A stretch of DNA of 64,000 nucleotides from Opitutales bacterium (lineage in GTDB: Bacteria > Verrucomicrobiota > Verrucomicrobiia > Opitutales > UBA2987): the NCBI GenBank assembly GCA_965226885.1, contig CBDDEL010000014.1, positions 32,001 to 96,000 of the forward strand, in the 5' to 3' direction. The notes under the pieces were generated by a model. It saw nothing but the letters and a program-made list of their open reading frames with translations. It had not been told where the DNA came from and did not search any database. Position numbers and translations under genes: made by a program. Below, in pieces: positions 43,248 through 55,228 of this stretch (within the stretch, counting starts at the first letter, position 1; the number at the start of each line of letters is the position of its first letter).

Positions 43248-43547
43248 TCAACGAGCGTCCGGATTAACGCAATTCGGCCCCAGGAGGGGTTGCATGGCTT
43301 CGTTGATCATCGGATAATTCTCTGCTTCCTGATTTTTCTCGATCCACTCCTCGTATTCATCCGGAACCTCGGAATCCTGGAAGATGGCGTCCACCGGGCA
43401 TTCGGGCACACAGAGGTCGCAATCGATGCAGGTATCCGGATTGATGTAGAGACGGTCGGGCGCTTCATGAAACGCCTCAACAGGACAAACTGCAGCGCAA
43501 TCGGTGTATTTGCAATCGACGCATAGTCCCGTAACAACGTAGGTCAT
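43248..43547 (-). CDS. 7Fe/8Fe ferredoxin (FdxA-like)
   Basis: MTYVVTGLCVDCKYTDCAAVCPV...CIDCDLCVPECP; true start 43547. Confidence 0.93.
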   Translation of the reverse strand: MTYVVTGLCVDCKYTDCAAVCPVEAFHEAPDRLYINPDTCIDCDLCVPECPVDAIFQDSEVPDEYEEWIEKNQEAENYPMINEAMQPLLGPNCVNPDAR

Positions 43548-43550
43548 AGG

Positions 43551-46204
43551 TGATGTGCACTGGAAAAAGTGGACACGAGATTCTCCTAAATGGAGAATCG
43601 AAGCATGGGAAGAAGACGCAGTATAGAGTTCAAAAATGAGGCAGTTCAACTGATGATACTCGATGGTCTGAGCGCCACCGAGGTATCGACCAAACTTGGG
43701 GTCAACACCAACCAATTGTATAGGTGGAAGAGGCTCTATCTGGACGATCAGCAGGGCGAAGCCACCTCAAAGCGACAGAGCAGTCCGAAGGAGATGGCGG
43801 CCGAGATAGATCGTCTTCGCAAAGAGCTGCGCCGCTCGGAGCGGATCAACCAGATACTAAAAAAAACGGTGGGCTACTTTGCCAAGGACGAACAATGAAG
43901 TACCAGTTTGTCAAAGACAACGAGGGGCGCTTCAAGATCGAGGAAATATGCTCGGCGATGGGGATTTGTCGCAGTGGCTATTACTGCTGGAGGCACCGAG
44001 CGCCCTCGGCCCGGCGGATCGAGGACGAGGGAATCAAGGGGGCGATCCTGAAGGTACACAAAGAGGCCAAGGGCCGCTATGGGCATCGGCCAATGCACCG
44101 CCATCTGAAGGATGATGAGGGCATCGATTGCGGCCGTGACCGGGCTCTGCGTCTGATGCGTGATGACGTGTACTGGATTTGTTGGACACGGGATTCTCTT
44201 ATATTCATTGTTTATTGATTAGTGTGTCAGGCGGCTTGTTTTGGTAAAGGGTTTTGTTTTCTCGTTGCCCCCCATGGGGGGCAAATATTTTCCTCGAATT
44301 GGACTGGGCTTTGGTAACTCAGAGAGGAATGTTTGCGATATCGGTTGTAGAAGATTTCCACGTATTCGAAGACAGTTGATCGCAGTTCGCGCTCGTCGGC
44401 AAAGTGGCGGCCTCGAATCGTGCTGGTCTTGAAGCGGCCGTAGAACGATTCCATGGCCGCGTTGTCGTAGCAGTTGCCTTGGGCGCTCATGCTCGGCTTC
44501 ATGCCTAGTTCAGAGACCAGCCTCTGATAGTCGTCGCTGGCGTAGGGGCTGCCCCGATCGCTGTGATGAATAATCCCGGTGCGCAGTGTGCCGCGGGTCA
44601 TGGCCGCGGCTTTGAGGGCCTTGCCAACCAGCTTCGCGTCGTTGTGGTTGGAAACGCTCCAGCCCAGCAGGCGTCGGCTGAACAGGTCCATCACCGTGGC
44701 CAAGTACATCCAACCGGCCAGGGTCCGTAGGTAGGTCGTGTCCGCCACCCAGACCTCGTCGATATGGGTCGGCTGGCCATGCTTTTTAAGCACATTGGGG
44801 CTGTAACCATAGGGATGGTTACTGTTGGTTTTTAATGGCTTAAAGCGTTTACTCTGGGTGCTTTTGATTCCCATTTCACGCATCAGACGCAGAGCCCGGT
44901 CACGGCCGCAATCGATGCCCTCATCATCCTTCAGATGGCGGTGCATTGGCCGATGCCCATAGCGGCCCTTGGCCTCTTTGTGTACCTTCAGGATCGCCCC
45001 CTTGATTCCCTCGTCCTCGATCCGCCGGGCCGAGGGCGCTCGGGGCCTCCAGCAGTAATAGCCACTGCGACAAATCCCCATCGCCGAGCATATTTCCTCG
45101 ATCTTGAAGCGCCCCTCGTTGTCTTTGACAAACTGGTACTTCATTGTTCGTCCTTGGCAAAGTAGCCCACCGTTTTTTTTTAGTATCTGGTTGATCCGCT
45201 CCGAGCGGCGCAGCTCTTTGCGAAGACGATCTATCTCGGCCGCCATCTCCTTCGGACTGCTCTGTCGCTTTGAGGTGGCTTCGCCCTGCTGATCGTCCAG
45301 ATAGAGCCTCTTCCACCTATACAATTGGTTGGTGTTGACCCCAAGTTTGGTCGATACCTCGGTGGCGCTCAGACCATCGAGTATCATCAGTTGAACTGCC
45401 TCATTTTTGAACTCTATACTGCGTCTTCTTCCCATGCTTCGATTCTCCATTTAGGAGAATCTCGTGTCCACTTTTTCCAGTGCACATCATGAAATGGGAA
45501 TCAAAAGCACCCAGAGTAAACGCTTTAAGCCATTAAAAACCAACAGTAACCATCCCTATGGTTACAGCCCCAATGTGCTTAAAAAGCATGGCCAGCCGAC
45601 CCATATCGACGAGGTCTGGGTGGCGGACACGACCTACCTACGGACCCTGGCCGGTTGGATGTACTTGGCCACGGTGATGGACCTGTTCAGCCGACGCCTG
45701 CTGGGCTGGAGCGTTTCCAACCACAACGACGCGAAGCTGGTTGGCAAGGCCCTCAAAGCCGCGGCCATGACCCGCGGCACACTGCGCACCGGGATTATTC
45801 ATCACAGCGATCGGGGCAGCCCCTACGCCAGCGACGACTATCAGAGGCTGGTCTCTGAACTAGGCATGAAGCCGAGCATGAGCGCCCAAGGCAACTGCTA
45901 CGACAACGCGGCCATGGAATCGTTCTACGGCCGCTTCAAGACCAGCACGATTCGAGGCCGCCACTTTGCCGACGAGCGCGAACTGCGATCAACTGTCTTC
46001 GAATACGTGGAAATCTTCTACAACCGATATCGCAAACATTCCTCTCTGAGTTACCAAAGCCCAGTCCAATTCGAGGAAAATATTTGCCCCCCATGGGGGG
46101 CAACGAGAAAACAAAACCCTTTACCAAAACAAGCCGCCTGACACACTAATCAATAAACAATGAATATAAGAGAATCCCGTGTCCAACAAATCCAGTACAC
46201 GTCA
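43551..46204 (+). mobile_element. IS3-family type B, outer copy interrupted by a second copy of itself
   Basis: IRL at 43551, IRR ends 46204; OrfB split at 44163/45490; flanks AGG/AAT are not duplicated. Confidence 0.95.
44164..45489 (-). mobile_element. IS3-family type B, inner inverted copy with fused OrfAB (44227-45450)
   Basis: Complete IRs; 3-bp duplication TGA (44161-44163 / 45490-45492). Confidence 0.96.
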
Positions 46205-46573
46205 AATATGGATAAATGCAAGTTTCCTACAGACGGAAAGGCGAAGGTTTTCCTTCTTTGCCGAGGAAGAAACCGTAATTACTAGCAAAGTTTTGAAAGA
46301 GTCTTCTATTTCTGAAGGCGACGGAGTATTTTTGTTGGGATACCCGATGGATATGATTAGGGATCGTCATTATGTTATTTGCCGTAATGGGTCAATTGCG
46401 AGAATAAGGGATGTGAAATATGGGGAAGGGAAAGAGATACTATTAGATGGCCTCGTTTTTTCGGAAAATTGTGGAGGTCCGGTTATCAACAAACCGGAAA
46501 TTAATGCGATAGCGGGAGAAAAACCAATTAAGACAGCCTCTCTCCTCGGAATAGTAAAAGAGTGTGTTACCTA
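46205..46573 (+). pseudogene. trypsin-like serine protease internal fragment, degenerate
   Basis: GDGVFLLGYP...LLDGLVFSENCGGPV (family consensus GNSGGP); bounded by IS on both sides. Confidence 0.65.
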
Positions 46574-49500
46574 GAGGCTGTCCCAAAAGGGTGATTTTTG
46601 CGAGGGCTTTTGATAGGCGCTCATTTTAGAGGTATTTGCATTTGGGAGAGTATCAACTTTGCTCTTCTATGACGTTAGGATACTGGTTTTGGGGTCCGGT
46701 TTCCTGGTTTTCTTTGTATGAGCCGACAGTAAGGCTGTGAAAAAGTATTGTCCTTGCTTTTCCGCTCTCTAGCCCGGATATTTCGTAAAAAAAGTATCGT
46801 TGATATGCTTAACTGCTGATATACAGCAGGATAGATCAATAATTAAAGCAATATCAGCGATGACAAAAGGTAAACAATTAAAGCTACAGTTGACAAGGGT
46901 AAAAGGCCGCCGTGTGCGGGTTGATTTCAAGGGCGGAGAGGTTACTTCGGATGCCGGACTGCTTTTGATCCGGGAAGTGGATCGGCAGTTGGGCTTGACC
47001 GAACGAGCGGCCCGACAGTTAGTGGACAAACGGCAGAAGGGCAAAGTACGCCATGAGGTATTGGGGATGCTGCGGCAGCGCGTTTACGGGCTGGTGGCGG
47101 GCTATGAGGATTTGAACGACTTTGATACCCTGCGCCACGATCCATTGTTGCAAACGGTAACGGGGCGCATTGAAACGTTGGCCAGCGCGCCGACTTTGTG
47201 TCGTTTTGAAAACGGGCAGGATCGGCGGGCGGCCTTTGCGGTAAACGAGCTGTTGGTCGAACAGTTCATGGGCTCTTTTGCCGAGGAACCCGAAGAGATC
47301 ATCCTGGACTTTGACGCCACCGACAATCCGGTGCACGGGCTCCAGGAGGGACGTTTTTTCCACGGTTATTATGATCATTACTGTTTTCTGCCGCTATATG
47401 TTTTTTGCGGTGATCAGCTGCTGGTGGCCTACCTGCGGCCGAGCAAGATCGATGCCAGCAAGCATGCCGGGGCCATCCTCAAATTGCTGGTTAAACGGAT
47501 TCGCCAAAGCTGGCCCCGTACGCGGATTATTTGGCGCGCCGACAGTGGATTTTGTCGAGACCGGATACTCTCTTGGTGCGACCGCAACGAAGTTAGTTAC
47601 ATCGTGGGGATGGCTCGCAATGCACGCTTGCAGCAAGACGCCCAGCAGTTGCAAAAGCAGGCCAAAGAATGGTTCGAACTAAGGGGTAAAAAACAACGGT
47701 TATTCCAGGACTTCGTCTATGCTGCCGATTCGTGGCGATGGCAGCGGTTGGTCATCCATAAAGCCGAACACACCGCACAGGGGTCCAACCCGCGCTTCGT
47801 GGTGACGAACCTGCCGGGCGATCCCCAGGAGCTTTACGACAAGGTATACTGTGGCCGCGGTGAAATGGAGAACCGAATCAAGGAACAGATGCAATTGTTC
47901 AGCGAGCGCACCAGCGCCCATCAATGGTGGGCCAATCAGTGGCGATTGCTCTTGTCGGCGCTGGCCTACACCTTGATGGAAGCCATGCGCCGGTTAGCCT
48001 TAAAAGGGACGAAGTGGGCGCGGGCCCAATGCCACACCCTGCGGCTCAAATTAATCAAGATCGGAGCGGTCATCGTGCGCAACACCCGAACGATTCACTT
48101 TCACCTAAGTGAGAGTTATCCTTGGGCCAGTCTTTTCAACCATGCGGCCCGCCGATTGGTGCCAACCTAAAGGGTGCATTGGTGCTGCCCCCGGCACTAC
48201 CGAACCAATGGGGGAAAGGGGGCAGTGTCTCTACACCCTGAAAAACACCTAAAAATCAAGACGATCTGCTCAAAATACAAAGAAATCCATCTCCAATAGC
48301 AATAACGAGCCACGAGCCAAACTTTACCCTTCATGAAATATCCGGGCTAGGCCGCCGCTTTGGTTTTTAGTTCGTCTTGCTGGGCCAGCATCTTGGCTAC
48401 TTTCCATAGGTTGTGCGAGAGTACCGACCAGGCTACGCTGATCGAGCGGTTGGCAAAGCCTTTGCTGCGCAACCGCCCGGCCTGCCAGCGATTCTTCAAT
48501 ACCCCGATCCGCCCTTTGGTGCTGGCCCGGCGCTTTTGCAATTGCCTGAACAGTGGTTCCTCCATCCGTTTTTTCAACTGCTTCGGATCGCGTGGACAGA
48601 GCGCGTCGTAGATTCCCTCCTGGGCTAACTGCCGGCGGGCCCGCTGGGAGGCAAATCCCCGGTCCGCGCACATGGCCGCTATGGGTTCTTCCAGGTTGAA
48701 GCGGTTCTGTCTTTGCAAACTCTCTTGCATTTGTTCATTTTCGCTTGGAGTTCGGCTGCCGTAGAGTTTCCAGTCCAGCAGGTACCCTTCAACGCTTTCT
48801 CCCAAAAACAGGGTGTTGCCGAACTCGACCTCTTGGCCCGCTTTACCTCGCACAATCACCTGCCCATCGAGTTCGTAAACACTCAAGACTTTCTCTGCGT
48901 TTTTCACCTGCCGGCCGCCAATGATCCGCTCGTGCGCCTGTTTGATGACCACCGGGATTTGCTCGCTCATGCGCTCCATCCGGGCGAGGATCTGTTGGAC
49001 CTGTTTTTCGCTGTAATCGCTTTGCTCCCAGCAGGCTTGCAATAATTCCCGGTGACTGCGGGCATGCTCCCCGATCCGTTTGAGCAGCTTTTTCATCTGC
49101 CTCAAGATACCCTTGCGCTGCCGCGCGCTGTCCTTTCGCCGCCGGCTGTGGGTCATCTGTATGCACAGCCGATTCATCTGCCGAGCCAAGGGCTCCGGTT
49201 CGATCGGCATGCGATGGCGCAAACCGGCCTTCTCGCGGATCAGCCGGATCGCTTTGAGCAACGTGCCGGCTACATCCTTGAGTAATACCCAGTCCGTCGG
49301 CCAATGAATGTTAGCCTCCAAACAGGTGCCGTCGATCAGGCAAATGGTGGGGTCAATCGGCTTGTCCAATCCCACCTGCCGGGCCAGAAGGGCATCGCCC
49401 ACCACCTCAGTCAAGGTCCGGTGCAAGGCCCTCAACTGCTCTTCGCTGAAAAACTTCGAGGCCCGCTCCAGGGTGCTTTTGGAGATGCCCCTGATGCCAT

Positions 49501-49968
49501 CGATCTGCCGGACACGGCAAAAGTCGGCCAACAGATCGCTGCTGCCCAGAGCCCGCGACAAATGCCGAAACGAAATCCCTCCGAGCAGACGGCCCAGCGT
49601 ATCCATGCGCAGTGCCTTGATGGCAAAACTGGCCCGCTGCCGCCGGGCCTTTAGACCCATTGGCGGCCACCCCTCCAAGGCCAGCTCAATGGCCTGCGAT
49701 TCCACCTCCGAGTCGATCAGCAGCCGATCGATTCGATCAATGGTGGCGCGGAAGTTATCGTAATCGAGGCACCGGTCGACCACAGTTAAAGCTGGACGCA
49801 GGAGGCATTGGATGGCTATATTTTTCATAGAAAGGGCTATATTGATTTTCGCTAACTCAATTATAGAACCCTTTTTTGGCCGGATCGAGCAAAAACTTGC
49901 TCTTTCCGGCTCTTTTTATCAACGTCATCCAGTTGACTATAAAATCTTTATATTTTTGGGACAGCCTC
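46574..49968 (-). mobile_element. IS5-family element (transposase 48347-49828) carrying an IS1380 insertion
   Basis: IRs GAGGCTGTCCCAAAA / TTTTGGGACAGCCTC flanked by TA; DGTCLEANIHWPTD, GKAGQEVEFG, ADRGF motifs. Confidence 0.88.
46773..48346 (+). mobile_element. IS1380-family element, full length (transposase 46860-48170)
   Basis: 4-bp duplication CTAG (46769-46772 / 48347-48350); near-identical to the 31143 copy. Confidence 0.96.
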
Positions 49969-50057
49969 TATTATAGGCTACTATATCCATTTTGCTTTTT
50001 CTTAATCGAAACAATTATCTGTGTCTATCCGTGTTATCAGCAGATGAAAAATGAATT

Positions 50058-50516
50058 CTAATAACCCAATGCGAAATCCTCCTCGCCGAGGGCGAAGTTG
50101 ACGCTTTCAATGCCGGCCAGGGCGCAGGCGTCCAATACTTTTACAATCGTTTGGTGCGTGACGGTTTCATCCGGGGCGATTATTATGCGGGCTTCCGTGC
50201 GGGTGGCATCGCTGGCTTCCTTGTATCGCTTGAGCATGGACGCCAATTCCATAAAGCGGGGCGCCCCGGGGAAATCGTAGGCGTAGTCGTTGACCACTAC
50301 GCGGCCTTGAGCGCTGATTTCCACAACTTGTTCGTCGGGCATTGCCAACGGTTCGCTCTGCTCCACCACTCCCGGCAGTTGAAAAGATATATCCGCTTCC
50401 TGCCGGTGCAGGGAGGCTGAAACCATGAAATAAATTAACAATAGAAAAACCATGTCAATCATCGGCGCGATGGGGATGGAGGGCTTTGGGCCGGTTTTCT
50501 TTTTTAAAAGGATCAT
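50058..50516 (-). CDS. exbD: ExbD/TolR family biopolymer transport protein
   Basis: IAPMIDMVFLLLIYFMV; IVKVLDAC; start taken at MILLKKK. Confidence 0.88.
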   Translation of the reverse strand: MILLKKKTGPKPSIPIAPMIDMVFLLLIYFMVSASLHRQEADISFQLPGVVEQSEPLAMPDEQVVEISAQGRVVVNDYAYDFPGAPRFMELASMLKRYKEASDATRTEARIIIAPDETVTHQTIVKVLDACALAGIESVNFALGEEDFALGY

Positions 50517-50547
50517 CGAGTATTTGCTAAATCGGGTATTCGCGTCG

Positions 50548-50961
50548 CTAATTGCTTTGATAGGTGGAATAGATGATCTCGTAAGCGCCGGTTTGGGCGC
50601 AGATTTGGAGGACTTTTTTAATGTCCGCATAGGAGGTTTGCCGATCCGCCCTGAGCTGTATTTTCAAATCGGGGTTGCGGGCGAGAGATTCCCGCAGAAA
50701 AACCGGAAGTTCGTCATGAGTAACCGTTTGCCGCCCGATATGAATGACCCCTTTCTTGTCCAGGGACAAGATGCCCCGCCCCTGGAAATTATCGGCCACC
50801 CGGCTCTGCTCGGATACCGGAAGATCAATGGGGGCGCTTTTTTCAAACCGGGCCAGGGTGCTCAAACACATAAAAAAGACCAGCAAAAGAAAGACCATGT
50901 CGATCATGGGGGCCATGGGAAAATCCTCCTCGGGCCGCTCAATTTTGCGCCGAACAATCAT
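50548..50961 (-). CDS. exbD: ExbD/TolR family biopolymer transport protein
   Basis: MAPMIDMVFLLLVFFM; LRADRQT. Confidence 0.88.
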   Translation of the reverse strand: MIVRRKIERPEEDFPMAPMIDMVFLLLVFFMCLSTLARFEKSAPIDLPVSEQSRVADNFQGRGILSLDKKGVIHIGRQTVTHDELPVFLRESLARNPDLKIQLRADRQTSYADIKKVLQICAQTGAYEIIYSTYQSN

Positions 50962-51123
50962 GTCACAAAGACTCTCGTTTCATATCAATTGGTCAAGTTG
51001 TTTGAGCTGCCTATATTGAAAGAAACTTCCATAGTGCGGAATCTGGAAGTCACATACTTGGACAATTCATTATTGGTTTGTTTCTATTCGATCGAAGTTT
51101 TATGAAGGTATTATTCACCTAAA

Positions 51124-54100
51124 ATGATTTTTTCAGTTTTCATTCGTACTCTATTTTTCGCGGCCCTTCTGCCGGTTTGCTTTGGGGCGCAAATTATTGG
51201 AGCACAGGAGTCAGGGGAAACTGCCGAAGCGGAGGTACTTACTGAGGAAGAGAAACCTGCAGCGCAAAATAAATTAACGCGCATTGTTTGAAATGGACGG
51301 GGAAAACTGGACAGTGGAATAAGGTGGTCTTGAACCACTAAATCCGCTAACCTATGAATGTTATTAAATCACGAAAGAGAAGACAATACAGTGCTGAGTT
51401 TAAAGCCCAAGTGGCCCTGGAAGCCATCAGGGGCGCTCATACCATCAACGAGATCGCCGGTCGTTTTGAGGTGCATCCCAACCAGGTGACCCAATGGAAG
51501 AAGCAGCTTTTGCAGGGAGCAACGGAGCTGTTTTCGCGCCAGCGGCAGACTCTCAGCAAGGACAACGAGACGGAAAAAGATCACCTTTACCAGGAGATTG
51601 GAAAGCTGAAAGTAGAATGCGATTGGCTAAAAAAAAAGTCTGAACAATTCGGTTGGTGAGAGGCGCAAGATGGTGCAACCACTTCAAGGAAAAATCAGTA
51701 TCGGCAGGCAATGTCAGTTGCTGGGGCTGGCCCGCGGCAGCTATTACTATCGGGCCCGTGCCCAGTGCGAGCAGAACGTTCTCTACATGCATCGCATGGA
51801 TGAGCTCTACACCCAATATCCGTTTTTTGGTTCTCGCCGGATGACCCAGTGGCTGCGTCGAGAGGGCCATGCAGTGGGACGAGGCCGCATCCAGCGGCTC
51901 ATGCGCCAAATGGGCCTGGAGGCTATTTATCCGCGTCGAAACTTGAGCCAGGGGCACCGGCAGCACCGCATTTTCCCTTATCTGCTGCGGGGTTTGGCGG
52001 TCGAGCGGCCCGACCAGGTATGGTGCAGCGACATCACTTACCTGCGGCTGAGCCGAGGATTCCTTTTCTTGACCGTGGTGTTGGACTGGTTCAGCCGCTA
52101 CGTGTTGAGCTGGCAGCTTTCCAACACCCTGGAGAGCCGCTTCTGTGTGCTCGCCCTGGAGGAAGCTCTGAGGCGGGCCCAACCTCAAATCTTCAACACC
52201 GATCAAGGCAGCCAGTTTACCGGCAGCGAGTTCACCTCGGTGCTGGGGCAAGCCGGGGTGCGCATCAGCATGGACGGGCGTGGCCGCTACCTGGACAACA
52301 TATTTGTTGAACGCTTTTGGAGAACCCTCAAGTATGAAGACATTTACCTGCGCGAATACGCCACGGCAAAGGAAGCCAGCGAAGGGATAGCCCGCTACCT
52401 GGACTTCTACAACCACCTGCGCCCCCACCAAGCCCTGGGCTACCGGACCCCGGCCGAAGTCCATGCAATCGGAGCAAAACCAACCTCCCCGCCAATACAG
52501 CTTGCGGGCACCTGCGTGCCCGTCTTTGGCTAAGGACAAAATATATTTTTAAAAAATAATATGAACACGATTTCCACCTTAATCCCACGTCAAAATTGTC
52601 CAAACAACCCCGTCCACTTCAGTCGAAGAATACTTTGAAAGCCGTTTTGTAGATGTTCGGGGGCCGTTGGATAATTTGCTGGGGACCTTGCCGGAAGGCT
52701 GGTCGGATGTGTCCGGGCCGGGTGCCGAGGTCTATTACGGGCCAGTTTATGACGATGTGCCGGAGGGTGAGAAGGCATTGCGCATGGTGGTTGTTTCCCC
52801 TGGGCGCGACAGCGCTGTGCTTGAGTATAAACCGATCCCTATCGAGAAAGGGCGGGTGCTCCAGATGGGGCTTACCCTGCGCAGTGAACAGCCCACCACT
52901 ATTATAATCGGTTTGCGATCCGGTTCCGACCCGGCGAAAATTTATTTTGAGCAGCCCATCCCGTGTCCCCTCGACTGGTCGAGCGGCGAAGTTGTGGTGC
53001 AGGCCACCGTGGACGACCCGGAGGCCCGTTTTTACCTGGAAATCGATAAAGAGGCCAGTATCGAGTTCGATGCCTTTTACCTGGAGCCTTACCGGACGAA
53101 ACAGGGGGCCGTTCTGCCTGTAATCCGTGAAGAATCGCCCAACCTTCTGCCCTCCAGTTCGTTTCCCGACGGGGTGCATGCCCCCTGGGTTTTGCTCAAC
53201 GCCGAATACCGGTATTCCGATGGTCTGGAGTTCGGGCCGACCGGCATTCCATCATTGAAGTGGGCCGGAGAAGGAGCTTCTCTGACGGCTCCTTTTTCCA
53301 GTAAAGGAAAAGGAGAATACACCTTTAGTCTGTATTTGAGGGGCAGCGTTCGGGGGCAAAAGCTCAGCTTGATCCTGACCCCTCCTCTGGCCAATCCGAA
53401 GCTCTATCCATTCCACCAGCGGGTGGTTGTGGACAAGGAATGGAAACGATACAGCACTACCGTGCCCTTGGAAATCGACATCGACGGTTACTACCTGGCG
53501 CACATCGTATCCCACTCGGTGGAACCGGTTTGGGTGGATGGATTGCAGGTGGAAAAAGCCGCCGTGATGACCCCACTGGCACGGACCGGCCCGGTGGAGA
53601 TCGTGGCCCAGCCGCTGAACCCGATGGGGATTGGTTTTGAAGGGGAGCAAATGGCCGTGCGCGTCACCATTTTTGGAGCGCTCTCCATGGCTCGGGAGGT
53701 AACCGGAACCCTTTTCGATATCGATGGGCGTCAATATTCCCTCAGTCCGCTGAAGGTAACCGGCAGCAAACCGATCAGCCGTACGGTCCTGCTGAAGGAT
53801 CTCGATGAACCTCCGCTGGGTTCCTACCGGCTGGAATTACAAGCCTGGGGAGATGGAGACAAACCGGTTTCGCGGCCGGCTGAAGCGCTTTTGCACCGGG
53901 TGCGGGCGCCGGCCAACCCAAGCCAAGCGTCCCCGGATTCACCTTTCGGAATCGAGGTGGCCCACATCAGCGAGCGGGCCGAAGAAATCGGCGTGGCCAA
54001 GGCATTGGGGTTTAAATGGGTGCGGGACGTCCTCAATTTTACGTGGAAAAATGCCGCCCCCGAACCGGACAGCAAAGTGTTTGAAAAAGCGGATATGGCC

Positions 54101-55228
54101 AGCTCGGTTTATCAACAACTGGGCATGGAGGTTCTGGCCGTTCTGGGGCCGGCCCCGGCCTGGGCTCTCGACCAGCCAGAGGATTTTCCCCTGGATCTGC
54201 CGCTACTGCCCGCCGACTCAGAATCCTGGTCTCAATATATTGCAGAAACGGTTGACCGCTTCAAGGACGTCATCCGGGCCTGGGAACCCTGGCCCTTGGT
54301 TTACTCCGAGCGCACTCTTTCCGCTCTGTCCCTGAAAGACCAGCAGGATCCATCGAAAAGCGAAAATGATTCCGCTTCCCAAGGGTCTTCCGGAAAAGAA
54401 ATTCAACCAATTCTAGCCAATCCGCAAGACTATGCAGCCATGCAGAAGGCGGCCTATGAGGCTATCAAGGAACAGGCGAAATCCGCCCTTGTGGCAGTCA
54501 ATCTCAACCTCAACGGTGAACGAACGAAGGGCGGGGAATTGCTGGCGGCGGGAATCACTGCGGATGCCGACGCGATCAGTTTTCAGGATAATTTCGACAA
54601 GGAATCCTCTCTGGAAAGGCTGGTTGAGGATTTTTCCTGGCTGGCCGATCAAATGCCGGTGCAGGAAAGATTTTGGCAGGTGCAGGCCCGCGCCAATGTT
54701 TCGCGCATTTTTAATTTTTATCAGCACGTTGTACCCGTTTTTCCGGTTGAAGCCGCAAAATCCGAAGCGGCTGCCACGGTACGTTATTACCTGGCTCTAT
54801 TATCGGGAAAAGTGGAACGCTTTTTTGTCCCCGGCTATGCCATCGACCCCTTTAAAGACCTTTGGCAGCCGGGACCCCGTATCTTCAACGTTGACGGCCG
54901 CCTGAACCCCAATGCGAGTGCGCTTTCCAATATGATGTGGCACCTGGAGGGGAAAAAACCGGCCGATGTTTACCTAATCGAGGAAGATTTTGATTTATTC
55001 ACTTTCGCCGATGAGGAAGGCGCGGTGGGAGTGCTCGTGAGCAAGAATGGTTCCGCCTTAAAATTCAAATCCATGGTGGAAAAAGTCGAAGTTCGCGGGA
55101 TGTTCGGCAACGCCATCAAGTTTCCCGCCGAGGTGGGGCGGACCCCGACTTATTTCAGCGCCGACAGCTTCTCCGCCGCCCAAATGAACTTCCTATTTAC
55201 AATGATCAGCTACCGCCGGGTGGAGTAG
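51124..55228 (+). pseudogene. large exported protein with CBM-like and GH-A-like TIM-barrel regions, interrupted by IS3 type A
   Basis: Signal peptide MIFSVFIRTLFFAALLPVCFGA...KLTRIV (51124-51288) is in frame with VEEYFESRF... (from 52622); DSPFGI, LGFKWVRD, WKRYS, VWVDGLQVE. Confidence 0.8.
51289..52621 (+). mobile_element. IS3-family element type A, full length (OrfA 51354-51659, OrfB to 52533)
   Basis: IRs TGAAATGGACGGGG / CCCCGTCCACTTCA; A9G slippery site at the OrfA end; WCSDITY, NTDQGSQF. Confidence 0.96.

Noticed and set aside
43248..43715. 155-aa extended ferredoxin
   Set aside because: The extension is IS3 antisense sequence; the real start is 43547.
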